Shown here: positions 13,668 to 25,333 of the stretch, in pieces | Layout of the letters: the number at the start of each line of letters is the position of its first letter | Numbering within the stretch: the stretch's first letter is position 1 | NCBI RefSeq assembly: GCF_009914755.1 | Contig: NC_060930.1 | From: the human T2T-CHM13v2.0 reference genome, Homo sapiens | Strand: one strand, 5' to 3' | DNA: 64,000 nucleotides | Notes under the pieces: model-generated | What the model was told of the DNA's origin: nothing | The model's database searches: none | The model's input: only the letters and a program-made list of their open reading frames with translations | Made by a program: the position numbers and the translations under genes

Positions 13668-15101
13668 AACCTACACACACAGCCCTCACAATTACTCTTC
13701 GATCCCAGCCCACCAGGGCAAGGAGGCTCTACCCCTCTCACCAAGGGCTCACCAGGTACAGCTACCGACAGCTACCATGGGGACAGCTCCTTCCCCACCC
13801 TTTACCCAGTGGCTAGGTCAGGTTGGAGTCCTAGTAAACCAGCGACTCATTTTCTCCCCTGCTCACTCCCATTCCTGCAACAAACACTAGGCCAGGCATG
13901 ATGTGTGGTGCTTTTAGGGGACGTGACCACAAGAGACATGACCCCAGCCCTCAGTGGTACATAGATAAACCTAATTAACTCTAATATGATGCAGTCAATG
14001 TCACTTTGGGCATTAAGGAGGAAGTGCAGCTACACAATCCTGGGCAAGGTGCTCAACTTCTCTCTGTGCCTCAGTTTCCTTACCTGTATAATGGTAATAC
14101 AAATAGTACCTACTTCATAGAGTTGTTGTGTTAAATAAGGTATTATGTGTAGACTTAGTACCTGGCACATGGTGTTAGCAGTTGCTATATTGCCTATATG
14201 CATTATATAGGCATATAATGTTGTAGGACTCTGGGGAAGAAGGATGTTCATTCTCATTTGGGTAGGAGCAGAGGCCTCATGGAGAATGGGATGTTTTAGC
14301 TGGGCCTTTGAGGGTCAGGTAGGATTGCTTCTGGTGGAAGGATGTTTAGGTAGATGGGACAGCAGTGCAGAAGGTGGGAGGTGAGACTGCCTGGGACCTA
14401 GATTAGGGAGACTGGTAAGAAGTGATTGAGGCCAAGCTGTGCTTGGCTTTGCCATGCCAGGGATGAAGTCGCAGGTATCAGCCAAGGTCACTGAGCAAAG
14501 GGGAAGTAGGATCAGGTTTGTGTGCTCTGTGGCAGCTGGCAGTATAGAAAGGGTTGACCAGAGGGGAGAGACTCCTGCAGAAGTGAGTGATAGACGGGCC
14601 CTGGCCTGTCTCCTGGCACAGGTGGTCCAGGAGGAACAGAGAGGAGATATTCAGAAGCCCAGGCCTCTGGCCCTATTTAGTATGGGCAGTAAAGGAGATG
14701 TTGCAGAGGATTGTGAGGGTGTGTGGACATGGGGCAGACAATCGAGATTTAGGACAGGTGGAGAAGCAGGGCTGGGAGGAGGAGGACCACTTGCTCTTGG
14801 CCTTGAGGAATTTCAGAAGTTGCATGTCCACATCTGGTGCTCAGAAAGATCTGGGCTGGATACCACATCCTTATTCCTGGAGTTGGCTGAAGCCACAGGA
14901 GTGTTGAGGAAGGGGGTGAGGTGGGGGTGGAGGGAGTTGAAGGGAAAGCCCAAAGAGATGACAGCCTGGCTGGGAATCTTGGGAAGCACCCACATCCACA
15001 GGTCCACACTGAGGCAGTATTTATGCTGGTTAACAGCTCCAGCTCCTGGCTATGTAGCCATGCATTCGTATGTAACCTCTCTGAGCCTGTTTCTTCACCT
15101 C

Positions 15102-15177
15102 TGAAACAGGATGATAAAAACAGTACCCACCTGTGAGGGTGAAACAGGATGATAAAAACAGTACCCACCTGTGAGGG
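15102..15177. repeat. 38-bp perfect tandem duplication within a MIR, KCNK17 intron 1
   Basis: tgaaacaggatgataaaaacagtacccacctgtgaggg x2. Confidence 0.95.
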
Positions 15178-15469
15178 AGGTGAGACAAATGAATACGGGT
15201 AAAGTACCAGCAACAGTGCTTGGCACACGATAAGTGCTGCACAGAGGCATTTACTGTTATTATAATCACCATCATAGCCATCTCCCTGGGCCCAGGCTGC
15301 TTGTAGTCGAAGTTCACCACCTTTGCAAGGGTAATGGCAGGCAGCCTCAGCACCAGGACCCAGCAGTCGGGCTGTATTTGCAGAAGTCCGCAGGTGGGGA
15401 GCTGGAGGAATCACTTTAGGTCCTTAGTAGAGATAGGCCTGGCCCTGGCTACCTCCTGACCTCACCGAA

Positions 15470-17000
15470 TCGGCCTAGTCCGAGGGTTCAGAACACCACT
15501 TCCGCTCCGCGCTGGGTCCCTTCCCACCCTGGCACGGTTCCCTGCCACCTTCCGGGGATTGGCTTTGGACTGGAGACTCTGGACGGATAAGCCACCAGGA
15601 CTGCAAGACGGGGATTCTGGGCTGGCGCGCAGCTGTCTGGACTCTGGGCTCTTGGACGAAGGGGTGGGGAACCAAGCCAGGACCCAGGACATCAATGCCT
15701 CCGCCAAATCGAGCAGCTGCCAGTCTGGCGTCGCTTCAGTCCTAAGATGCGCCACCCCTAGAACCCTCCCCGGCCTCCTCCGCCCTGCTAGGCCCCACCC
15801 TTGAGGAGCCTCTGCTCAGATTTACCTCTGAGTCCTCCCCTGAACCCTGCCTTCAGCCTTTCTGGGCAGCCGCGCGGCGGCGGCGCGCCCAGTCCTTGTG
15901 TCCGAAGACTCGGAGTAAAGCGGGTTCAGCCAGAGAGCGGCCCTGCGTCCGCCCTCCTCTCGAACCCGGGTCTGCGCACGTCGAGCCCCCTCTCTGCGTT
16001 GAGGGTGGCCCCGACCAGCACGCCTCGGGCCCAATCCACCCACCCTCCGGGACAAACGCGCCTTCCCCCAGGCTCCTACGGCCGCGCCCTCGCTCCTGCG
16101 CATCCTTAGACCCGGCGCCCCTGCCGTCCCAGCTCCCAGTTCGCAAACGTGCGCCCGGGTTCCCCCTCTGGAAGCGGCCAGGTGTGGCGTTTAGCTCTTT
16201 GCCACGGGTGCGGGTGCGACCACCCCCCAAGCAGGCTCAAACGCGCCCTTTCCCGGGTCAGGCCGGGCGGGGCCGTTACGCGCGCGCCCCCTGCCGTAGT
16301 CGTCCTCGCCCCCAAATTTGGATGTGTCCCCAGGCATCTGCCTCCTCACCGGGCCAGCATGCCCTCTCGCCCCCAAGTAGGACTCAGCCCGGCTTCTCGC
16401 AGTCCTCTCGCTAGGGCGAGGGTCTTTTCCTCCGAGGTCCCCCAACCCTCTGGTCCCCGCGCAGGAACGCCCACCCCCGTTGTGCCCGCGTCTGCGTTCC
16501 CGACGTTTCCCTGAACAGGAAACACCTGACCAGGGCCTGAATAGGCCCCCTCGCCCTCGGCCCGTACACCCCGCGGCCCGCTACCCCATCCCGCCGCGCC
16601 CAGGCCGACGCCGCTCGCCCCTGACCCGGATCAGCGAGTCCAGCGCCGGGCGGTCCAGACACGTGAAGTTCTGCAACAGCTCCCACTTGTCGCGCTGGAA
16701 GCTGCGGCTGGAGTCCTGCGCCGCGCGGCCCTCCAGCGTCCAGAACACGCCGGTGCCCAGCGCCAGGTAAGCCAGGTAGGCGAGCAGCAGGAGCACGGTG
16801 CCGGGCACCGCGCAGCCCCGGACCCTGCCCTCGGGAGCCGCCCGGGCTCGCGGTCGGTACATAGCGGGAGAGGCGGGGAGCCGGCGCCGGGAGCGGTGGA
16901 CTAGGACCCGGTGGGAGGGAAGGGCCAGGCGTCCAGCTCGTATCTCCTCTCGCAAACGCCTGCTGGTGCCCGGTTTCGCCGGGGAGGAGGAGTGTTGGGG
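15470..17000. promoter_or_regulatory. KCNK17: CpG island covering the KCNK17 promoter, exon 1 and start of intron 1
   Basis: Dense CpG/GC-rich sequence (cgcgcggcggcggcgcg, gcgcgcgc) against CpG-depleted flanks. Confidence 0.9.
16626..16862 (-). CDS. KCNK17: KCNK17 (TALK-2/K2P17.1) coding exon 1, 237 bp: N-terminus, TM1 and cap
   Basis: ATG at 16862, MYRPRARAAPEGRVRGCAVPGTVLLLLAYLAYLALG...DRPALDSLIR, then donor GTCAGG (phase 0); lies in a CpG island. Confidence 0.97.
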
Positions 17001-17261
17001 AATGGGACAGCCTGGCCCCACCCAGCCCTGGGATCCAATCCCAGGGACAAAAAGAGGCTCTGAACTGTGGGCATCTGGCCCCGCCTCAAATGTGTGCGGG
17101 GGTGCCCACCTGCTAGGCCTAGGCCAGGGAGAAGGAGAAAGCTGCTGGGTGACCGCAGGCGCTGAGGGAAGGGGCCCAGAGCCCCCTCACATTTCCTGAA
17201 ATGAACAATGGGAGGGACTTCTGGAAACCGCACTCAGAGGTAGGAGATAGTAGAGACCAAC

Positions 17262-17267
17262 TTTATT
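17262..17267 (-). terminator. KCNK16: KCNK16 polyadenylation signal AATAAA
   Basis: tttatt on + strand about 280 bp past the TALK-1a stop. Confidence 0.8.
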
Positions 17268-17544
17268 GTCTTGGGGCCCCTGCCTAAGTTCTTGGACTCG
17301 GGGGCTATCTCCAAGGACTTGCTGTCTGTCAATCTCAAGACCACCTTGGGTCTCCCACACCTCTGTCCTTTCCTTTGTACCCCAAAAGAGGGACCCCAGC
17401 TGATTGCCACTTGTCCATGAGCTTGGGAGGTAAGAGGAGCCTTAACCAAGAGGCTTGTCCACTCCTTGCTTCTGAGAAGGCCCCCGAAATCCCTCTACCT
17501 GGAGTGGAGGAAGCATCTAGGCTGTGTGAAGAGTCCGTGGGTCC

Positions 17545-17672
17545 TCAGCTTCCCAGTCCTTTCTTGGATATGTGGAAGTCCTGGGGTGTGACTTGGACTC
17601 CTCTTGCTGCTGTAGAGCCTCTCCTGGGTCTCCTGCCTGGAGCCGCCTTGGCTCCACAGCCTTGCCTCAGAC
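17545..17672 (-). CDS. KCNK16: KCNK16 terminal exon of TALK-1a (309 aa) and of exon-5-skipped TALK-1d (262 aa)
   Basis: cacag|GT CTG AGG; LRQGCGAKAAPGRRPRRGSTAARGVQVTPQDFHISKKGLGS*; exon sums of 930 and 789 bp. Confidence 0.92.
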
Positions 17673-17974
17673 CTGTGCAGAGGAACCCAGCCACATAGGA
17701 GCCCACTTGCTGTTGGATGATGGGAGAGGCAAAGGCCAAAATTTCCAGGCCCCGGGATGGAGTGGTCTAAATCTCTCCTGGTCAGGGATGTTGCAGTCTG
17801 GCAGGGGAAAGGCCAGACCTGGAGAATGCATTCCTGAGAGAGGCCAGACATTCATGGAGCTCACTTTCTGGAAGGATCCTGGGATCTGCTGGCTCTCTGG
17901 CTTCCCATGGGGTGTTTGGAAAGGCTCTTGAGAAGGCAGGAGCCCAGAGGGAGTGATGAAGTTAAGGGGGTGGC
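17667..17974 (-). CDS. KCNK16: KCNK16 alternative upstream acceptor of the terminal exon: TALK-1c C-terminus (322 aa, no TM4)
   Basis: tcacag|GC CAC CCC; GHPLNFITPSG...SSMNVWPLSGMHSPG...WLGSSAQV*; 661+308=969 bp. Confidence 0.8.
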
Positions 17975-18761
17975 CTGTGAGGGTCAGGGGAGGCCATGTT
18001 CAGGAAAGTGGGTAGGACACCCAAGAGGTCCTAAGCTTTGTTCACAGACAGCCCTGGACTTCTAGGCAAGGGGAGCTGGCGAGCTTTGAGAGGCAGCTCG
18101 CCTGCCCCTCGGCTGAGAGCTTCCTGAGGGCAGAGATCCTCTTTTCACTAAGATTGTTCCAAAGTCTCTGCCCAGGTCTCCCCTCTCTTTGATGCTCCCT
18201 GCCAGCCATTCCCATGGGCTCTCATCAACCCTGGGGCTATTCCCATCATAGCATTTTGGGCACTGTGTTGGGGCTGCCTCTTTGCTTGCCTAGCAACTAA
18301 AGGCACATCAAGGGCAGGCACTTCCACTGCTGTATCCCCAGACCCTGGCACAGACCCTGGCACAGCACCTGGCACATAGTAGGGGCTTGGCAAATGCACT
18401 GTGCACATATCAAATGAGGCAAAAGTAAAGTCATCCTTTGTTTGTGTAAGGTCTCCTGGAAGGGGGCATGGGGAGGGCAGTGGAGATCTGGCCACTACCT
18501 TTGGGTGGAAGGCTGTGGCAGGGGCTCTGGGACAAGGGTACACCTCCCCATCCACACATATCTTTAATCCTATCTCACGTCTCCTCTCTGTTACTTTCTT
18601 GGATATACCTGTCTCCTTTCTCTCTTGGGAGAGCTCCTGAGACCAGCCCTGGCTGAGAAGTGAGGGGGTTGGGAGAGGAGAAAGCAGGGCTGGAAATCCA
18701 GAGAGCAGATAGGGTGGGACTGGGGAGGATGAAAGGGGTTTCTGGGCCCCCCCCGGGGGCC

Positions 18762-18985
18762 TCATGCAGAGATGGGGATCTTCTGAGGCCTGGGGAGCCC
18801 ACTGGGGTCAGAGGCTTCCCCATCCTTGACGCCGAGGCCCCTACTGAGCAGCCAGAGCTGGCAGCATCTGTGCAGAAGCAGGGGGCCCAGTGGGAGGATC
18901 AGCGCCAGCCACGCCAGGCCCAGGAGGATCCAGATGGCTGCCAGGCTCCGGTACACTGAGATATAATGCTTGCTGGGGTCTGTGC
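18762..18985 (-). CDS. KCNK16: KCNK16 exon 5 (TM4): full length ends TALK-1b (294 aa); internal donor after 18845 is used by TALK-1a
   Basis: ggcag|GC ACA GAC; GTDPSKHYISVYRSLAAIWILLGLAWLALIL...KDGEASDPSGLPRPQKIPISA*; 213+115+167+166+224=885 bp; internal donor CTC A|GTAGGG. Confidence 0.95.
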
Positions 18986-19238
18986 CTGCCAGGGAAGGGA
19001 ATGGCATCAATGCCAGGGGTCTCAGGGCATAGCCACCTCCAGTTTCCATAGGGACCCTCACCAGCCAGGATGCTCTCTCCCTCTTCCTCATAACAAGGAA
19101 CAGCAGTTGAGGTAGGTCTCTGCAGGGTGGTGATGGGTCCTAGACCAGAAACTTCTGAGAATGTTGCTTAGAATCCACAGTAGTCCCAGAAATCATTGGT
19201 TTGGCTCCCTTGAATGACCAAGGGCTATCTTATCCTCA

Positions 19239-19490
<252 letters not shown>

Positions 19491-20115
19491 CTAGGAGGGA
19501 GGGAGTTGGCCTCTGAGTCCACTTGAAAGTCTCCAGGATTGTATGAGGTTGGGGGGAGTCTGGGGTAAACATGGGAATGGGACTGGGCCATAGCTAGGAC
19601 CCTTTCCTGCACTGCAGACCCTCAAGGTGGAGGTTGTATCTATGTGTGCATGACCTTGTCCCACCCAGGGAAAGATTTCGGCAGAGGGATTGCGTTAGTG
19701 GGTCAAGAAGCGATTTGGAGACCCCTTTGGACTTGGGGATCACACTTGAACAGGCTCCCTGGGGACTCAGATCTGGAACAGAAAAGTATCATTGAACTGT
19801 CTGCGTATTTCTGGCCTTGCAAGTGGCTGGCCAAGGGTGGGCACTGAGGGCATGCTGGGCAGCCTGCAGAGCTTGTTTGCTACTGCACAAAAGGATGTTG
19901 GAGTTCTGTGATGACCTTGAAGATGTGCTACAGAGATCCCTCACTTAAAGGAGGACGGTGGGCCAGCTGCCAGCTCCTTCAGGGTGTTCAGCTGCAGAGA
20001 ACCTCCTGGCCTAGGGGCATACCCTTCCTGGGAAGGCCACACCCAGTGCCTGATTGAGGCAGGTATGAAAACCTGGCTGGTTCCGCCCACTGTGGGACAA
20101 CTCTGACAGCTCTCA

Positions 20116-20532
<417 letters not shown>

Positions 20533-21561
20533 CTAGAACGCCCTCTGCTCCTCTTCCCCAGACTCTAGCTGAGGTTTGTCTGTCACCACCTCTGGGGGTG
20601 AGAAGGGGAAGCTCCCCTGTTCCCATGAACTCTGCTGGAATGATTTTTATTTATAGGACTCCTGCTCATCTTTGAAGGCCCATCTCAAATGACTCTGCCT
20701 CCATGAAGCCCTCCTGACTGCCGATTTCCTTCTCCCTTCTGGGTGTGGTTCCCCATAGTGTTTTATGTCATTGCTATGTAATTATCGACTTTGTTTTCTA
20801 TTACTTTTTTTTGTGTATTTATCATGTTCCTCTTTGTTGGACTGGAAGTTCCTTGCGGGCTGAGCCTGGGTCTGATCCAAGTTTGTATCTCTCACCCCCA
20901 ACTCCATCACTCTGCCTGGAATGTCACCTGAGTTCAAGGAAAGTATGTGGAATTGGACTTAACTGAATGGATGGGGTAGACCTGGATCTGATGGTTTCCT
21001 TGGGGTGGGATGGAGTGAGTTTTCTGGCCGAGGGGGTGTAGCAGCTGCTGTCAGTGCCCTGTTCCCTCAGAACACATGAGATACCACCTGAAGCTTTGGT
21101 GGACAGTTCCTGTATACAAATCAACCCCCGCTCCCAGTTTCTGCACATCTCTCTCTACCTGAGAGATTCTTCTGGCCAAAGGAGTATGCTTGGTCTATGG
21201 GAAGTTTCAAAATGCTGGGGAACTAATATACTCGGGACCAGCTCTCAACCTTTGAGGGCAGGAGTTGGTAGCTAAATGGCCCCTCATTCTTGTCCCTCGC
21301 TGGACCGTTCTGAGGAAGGGCTCTATCTAGCCTCTCAGAGGGTCCCAAGGAGAAGTGAGCTCAGTCACCCAAGCCAGTAATCTGCTAATTAATGCAAATT
21401 TCATTGCCACCTTCTCCCTACTGTTTCACTTACCCACTCCCTCCCTGGGCTTCCTGAATAATCTCCTAGACAAACCACATCCTTGTCTCAGCATCTGCTT
21501 TTGGGGAGCCCAAACTAAGACAGGGGCCTTGGGGAAGCTCTTCTCTACCCCAGCCCTTTAC

Positions 21562-21676
21562 CTATGGTAGTGACGACTGTGCCTGCAAAGAAGAAACTGC
21601 TGCCAAAGTCCCAGTTGCTGGGGTTGGTAGAGTTGCCTTTGGGGTTCACACCTTTCACCCAGGCTTCCATGATGAC
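21562..21676 (-). CDS. KCNK16: KCNK16 coding exon 2, 115 bp: pore helix 1
   Basis: ctacag|GTC ATC; [39 protein letters not shown]; donor GTAAAG (phase 1). Confidence 0.97.
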
Positions 21677-22283
21677 CTGTAGGGGGTGGCATGGCAGGGG
21701 AGGAAGAAGGAGCTGATGGTTACTGGGCACCAGTTGTTGCCATGCTTTTGGCAGCATGCTTTTGTGTCATCTCATCTAATGATACTCTTAGATGATATTG
21801 TTCCCATTTCATGGAAAAAGGAAATGAAGACTCAGAGTGGCTAAGTGACCTGTGCAAGGTGACTGGACTCCAACTCCAGTGTCTGTTCCACTGTCTGTTC
21901 CACTGGCCAGGGCTGACTGAGGTGTGGGCTGCAAGCATGGGCTGGGGCGGGAGATGGGCCTGAGGGGTGAGGTGGAGGATGCTCAGGGAGGGGTCCCGTG
22001 GGAGATGCTGCTGGTGGCCAAAAGGATGGCACCCACATCAGCTGTTAGAACAATGGGAGGATTTCAGGTTGGGTATGTCTGGAAGGGATTGCTGGGGAAC
22101 ACAGGGTTTAGGGACCACAGGGAAGCCATGGGCTGCCTGCTATGAAGCTAATGGTGGGAAAGAGAGCCCTGTGTTCCCTAAGTGTCCAGGCGAGTGGGCA
22201 CCCTTGCTCTTTGCTGCTCTCTAGTGAGCCTCAGCCCTTGCCTATGGGAGAAATTCTAACAGAGGCCAAGACAAAGGTGGCAC

Positions 22284-22289
<6 letters not shown>

Positions 22290-22322
<33 letters not shown>
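22290..22322. repeat. (TG)n microsatellite, KCNK16 intron 1
   Basis: Pure TG run followed by degenerate tgtgca-rich sequence. Confidence 0.95.
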
Positions 22323-22323
<1 letters not shown>

Positions 22324-23619
22324 TGGTTGTTTATATGTGATGTGTTGTATGCACGTGTTGTGCATGGCAACTGTATGTTGCACATGTGTGCATGTTTGTA
22401 TGTGTGTTGCATGTGTTTTCACAAGACCCGAACCTTTGCCGGCTCAAGCCTACAACACCTCCCTTCGCTGCCCCACTGCTGACAACCTCCAGTCCCTGGG
22501 CCCAGCCGCCTTGGAGAATAGGCAGGGCTCTCTCCTCCCCTGCCCCAACCCTCTCCTCTTTAATTGTGGACTGTCTCAGAGCAGCAGCACAGCCTTGCCA
22601 CCGAAGAGCCCCAAAGGCAGGAGGAAGCCAGGGACACAACAGTTCTGGCTTCCAATTCCTATGGGAACCAGTTCCCGCTGGCTGGGTGGGTGTGCTTAGA
22701 TCAGGGCTGGGGTGGCCCTGGTGGGCCAAGCCAGTCAGGGCATCTGCGGTCACAGGCTGTCTGCTTCTCCTCACTTTGACGGGAACTGGCCTCTTAAGAT
22801 GTGGACTTTGGCCTCCCTTTCTTTCCCACATCCACAAAGTGGCCAGGGCCCAACATTCCCGAACATGCTCGTTCTCTGGAGACCCTCACTTCTGGGGGCA
22901 GTACTCTAGTCCTGGGCCATCCCCCACTGCCAGCCTGCAGCCCTCATCCTGCTGAGGGTGCTGAGTGCCGGTGGGCGGATGCAGGTGGCCATGGGTTCTG
23001 ACTTCCCAGTTTTGTGAACCTGGGCAAGCAGTGTTTCGTCACAGAGGCAATGTTTAATACTGCTTTTAATACTAGTTACTCAACTCGCCCTGTGCGTCTG
23101 AGAGTTCAACAGGAATGTGTCTTCTTCCAGAATCTCACCCCAGTGTTCTTCTGCCACCCAGCTCAACTGCCCCTGGCAAGGAAGGGTCTCTCCTGAGGCT
23201 GAGGACTCTCAGGGAAAGGGATGTCCTGTCTTCCCTGGGGAGGCCCCAGGGGCTAATCAGTGGCAATCCCTTCGGGGCTGCAATCAAGCGGATGGCCTCC
23301 TTTCGTCTTGGTTAGCAGAGCGAGTTAGGTTGCAGCTACCAACCCTTCCCACGCCCTCCAGCTTGGCTCTCACCTCCAATGCAGAGCTGAGGGAGGAGAT
23401 TTCAGCTTCTCCAGGGCCTCTGCCTTACTCCCAGGGTTTTGGGAGGCCCCTGAACTGTTCTCAACCCTGATGTGGTACTATGGTCCCCCAACTTTGACTA
23501 ACCTTATCCATCAGGGAGAAGAGAGTAAAACCTGAAGCTGGAGGCCTCACTTCCTGGTCTCTCACAGCTACAGAATGTTGTCTGTGACCACCCAGCCCAC
23601 GCATCATCTTCTAGGCCAG

Positions 23620-23800
23620 CTGTTCTCAGTCTTCAGGGTCCTCAACATCACCTGGAGAGCCTGTTGACACACAGCCTGCAGGACCCATCCCTAGAGTTCC
23701 TGAGTCGGCAGGTGCGGAGTGGGGCTTGACATCTCCAGTTCTAACAGGCTCCCAGGTGATGCTGATTCTGGTCCCGGGACTACACTTTGAGAACTGCTGC
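23620..23800 (-). mobile_element. MER5A-type DNA transposon
   Basis: ccaggtgatgctgattctggtcccgggactacactttgagaactgctg. Confidence 0.7.
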
Positions 23801-24874
23801 TTCAGGTTGCATCCTGCCCCCAGCACTTATGCTAATTTGTGTGGTGAAGACCCGGGGCTCCAGAGCCAGAGGCCTGGGAGTGAATGCTGTCTCTACCAGT
23901 AGCTGTGCAGCCTTGGTCAACATATTCTACCTCAGTTCCCATCTACAAAGTGGAGATAGGGATTGTAATAGGTAATTATGAGAAAACACCTGTAACACGC
24001 TCAGTGTCAGGTGATGAGTGGATCATGATTGGATTAAGCTGGTCATGACCACCCTGCTTCCCACTGTTTTAGGCACATTGTGAATGCTCAGTAAATGCCA
24101 GTTATCAAGGTGATTTGGCACTTGGTCTGTTCCTTTGCAGGGGATGTTGTCACTCGCTCCAGTGCCTATTTCAGATGCATTCACCTCCCTCCACAACACC
24201 TGGTTTTGTCTTGTTTCTGGGAAAGAGGAAACCAGAAAGGACCCAGGCAGGGGGTGACCCACTCTGTTACCAAGAGAGAGCCCCATTTGGGTGCAGTGCT
24301 GGCAAGCTCAGTCACCTTGGCCATTGCCCACCAAACCCAACTCCAGGTGCAAACAGGCCAGGAAAGGACAGCTTGGTGGTGGCTGCTCCTGGCATTTATC
24401 TGTGTCTCCCACCCGCAGCCGTCTGCCCAGGGATATGAGCTGGGAGAGGGCAGAAGGAGCTGCAGCCCTGGAGTTGGGGAAGGGGAAGTATGAAAGTGTG
24501 GGAGGAGGAAATTTGGATAGCGTTGATAACGCTGACATATAGTTCCCATTCATCCAGCAAGTGACAGCTTAGAGAGTGCTTTTAATCTGCTGTCAAATGT
24601 CTGCAGTACCGATATGGTTATTCTTGTTGCCTTATAGATGAGGCTGTTTGGGTCCAGAGAGGTTAAGTGACCTGTTCAAGGTCACACATCAATCCAGTTG
24701 TAGACCTGGGGCCAGAATCCAGGATTAGATCTCACCAGGCTCTCTGTTCCCACCACACTCTTCTTCCAAATGGGGCATCAGCTCCTGGGTGAGGACTGTG
24801 GATCTGCCACAGGAACCCCATTCCACCAACCTTCCCAAGCCTCTCCATCCCAATCCCACATCGCTCCCCTTCAC

Positions 24875-25087
24875 CTGCACAAACTGCTCCATGGCCCACT
24901 GGTCCAGGCAGGTGTAGTTCTCCAGGAAGCGCAGCTTCTCCAACTGAAACTGGTCCCTGGACTGAGCCTCCGCCTGCCTCTCTAGCAGCTGGAAGATAGT
25001 GGCACCGAGCAGCAGGTAGCAGACATAGGCCAGCAGCAGGGGCAGCACCCGGCCACCCCAGCAGCTGCAGAGCCCAGCACTGGGCAT
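24875..25087 (-). CDS. KCNK16: KCNK16 (TALK-1/K2P16.1) coding exon 1, 213 bp
   Basis: MPSAGLCSCWGGRVLPLLLAYVCYLLLGATIFQLLE...QWAMEQFVQ; donor GTGAAG (phase 0). Confidence 0.97.
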
Positions 25088-25318
25088 GCTGTGGCCAGGA
25101 CCCTGCCAGGGCCGTGGGGCTGGCTATGGGGGAGAGGTGGGAAACAGGTGAGGAGTAAGCACCTAGGGGCCTGTGCCCAGGCTGCCGCCTGCCCTGCCCT
25201 CCTCCTCGGCACAGGTGTCTGGAGGCTGGGGAGACTGTTTGAACAGTGCGGCTCAGCTTGGCTGCACTAAGTGCTATGCTGTGAGTGCAAACAGGCCGGC
25301 CACCCCCACCCGGCCTTT

Positions 25319-25333
25319 GTTTCCATGGACAGC
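25319..25333. promoter_or_regulatory. KCNK16: RFX X-box-like motif in the KCNK16 proximal promoter
   Basis: GTTTCCATGGACAGC about 230 bp upstream of the ATG resembles GTTNCCATGGNAAC; motif match only. Confidence 0.4.

Noticed and set aside
14439-15414. Two 221-aa ORFs in KCNK17 intron 1
   Set aside because: They lie over degenerate L2/MIR sequence and the 38-bp duplication, and I recognise no homology.
16863-17021. In-frame stop-free extension upstream of the KCNK17 ATG
   Set aside because: There is no upstream ATG, absence of stops is expected in a CpG island, and nothing supports non-AUG initiation.
18148-18765. 205-aa ORF whose ATG overlaps the TALK-1b stop (ATGA), followed by a GC hairpin
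   Set aside because: The overlap suggests reinitiation, but the product has no recognisable domain and crosses L2/MIR-like sequence; it is most likely chance in GC-rich DNA.
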